A stretch of DNA of 63,083 nt, filler included, from Octopus bimaculoides (Eukaryota): assembly GCF_001194135.2 (NCBI RefSeq). It is 6 parts of 5 records of this genome, joined end to end, with 100 filler letters (N's around TTAATTAATTAA, not from the genome) between each part and the next. Parts side by side here need not be neighbours in the genome. Positions count along the whole stretch, not along the records: positions 56,669 to 63,083 come from NC_068983.1; 5 more parts are not named here. The stretch is one strand, 5' to 3'. Each line of letters begins with the position of its first letter. Position 1 is the first letter of the stretch. The position numbers and the translations under genes are program-made. A model generated the notes under the pieces. It was not told the origin of the DNA. It saw nothing but the letters and a program-made list of their open reading frames with translations, and ran no database searches. Positions 62,659 through 63,083 of the stretch are shown here, piece by piece.

Positions 62659-62770
62659 CTAGCAGAAATACCCGGCTTTGCTCGGGTTAAAGAGAATAAT
62701 GAAATCTAAAAACGCCGTCTAAACTGCGCAACCCTCAACTGTTAGTAGCTACGATACCATATTTCTACGT
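62659..62770 (-). mobile_element. Helitron 3' terminus
   Basis: Minus strand CCCGAGCAAAGCCGGG hairpin (62671-62686), 8 nt spacer, then CTAG|T (62659-62662, T at 62658): canonical Helitron 3' end. Confidence 0.75.
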
Positions 62771-63083
62771 TAATAACTCTCCAATCCATGCCAGCATGGA
62801 ACATAGACATTAAGTGGAATGCCAGTCTCTCATCTGGGAAGGCCTTGAAATCAATGTTACCAACTGCGGACTATGTGTGTCGCAGTGATAATAAAAAGAC
62901 TCAAAGGAGGTCTGCAATGAAATAATTTTACTCAACACTTTGCAAGTGAATCAGTGGAGGCAAAGATGCGTCTCATTTACTTGACAATTTATGCACCACA
63001 TTGCAGAAATCACAATGTAAGTATATCTGAAAGGGTAGTCTTACACTGTTGTACCGTTGAATTAGAAATAATGCTCATCTGTT

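Overview
63-kb window of repeat-saturated animal genomic DNA. The SINE families, microsatellite load and assembly style point to an octopus draft scaffold, probably Octopus bimaculoides (inference, not verified). About 5.7 kb is N in 19 gaps; five of these are artificial 100-bp spacers (44 N + TTAATTAATTAA + 44 N). No intact host protein-coding gene, RNA gene or CRISPR array can be supported, and almost all long ORFs in the track are microsatellite or N-gap artefacts. The recognisable content is decayed transposable elements: a full-length mariner pseudogene, an internally deleted mariner, two Tc1-like elements, a maT/DD37D-like element, pogo/Tigger-like pieces, a Gypsy-type LTR element nested in a Tc1 transposase, Penelope GIY-YIG remnants, R4/Dong-like, RTE and CR1/Jockey-like LINE fragments, Helitron ends and about 30 SINE copies. 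The most interesting signals are hammerhead-ribozyme motifs (a tandem 270-bp retrozyme-like pair and three minimal hammerheads that all carry a non-canonical CUGU core), R4/Dong-like LINEs bounded by (CATA)n, and an apparent CpG-depletion boundary near 56.6 kb downstream of a candidate ATG-containing first exon. Repeat boundaries were read by eye and are approximate to tens of bp.
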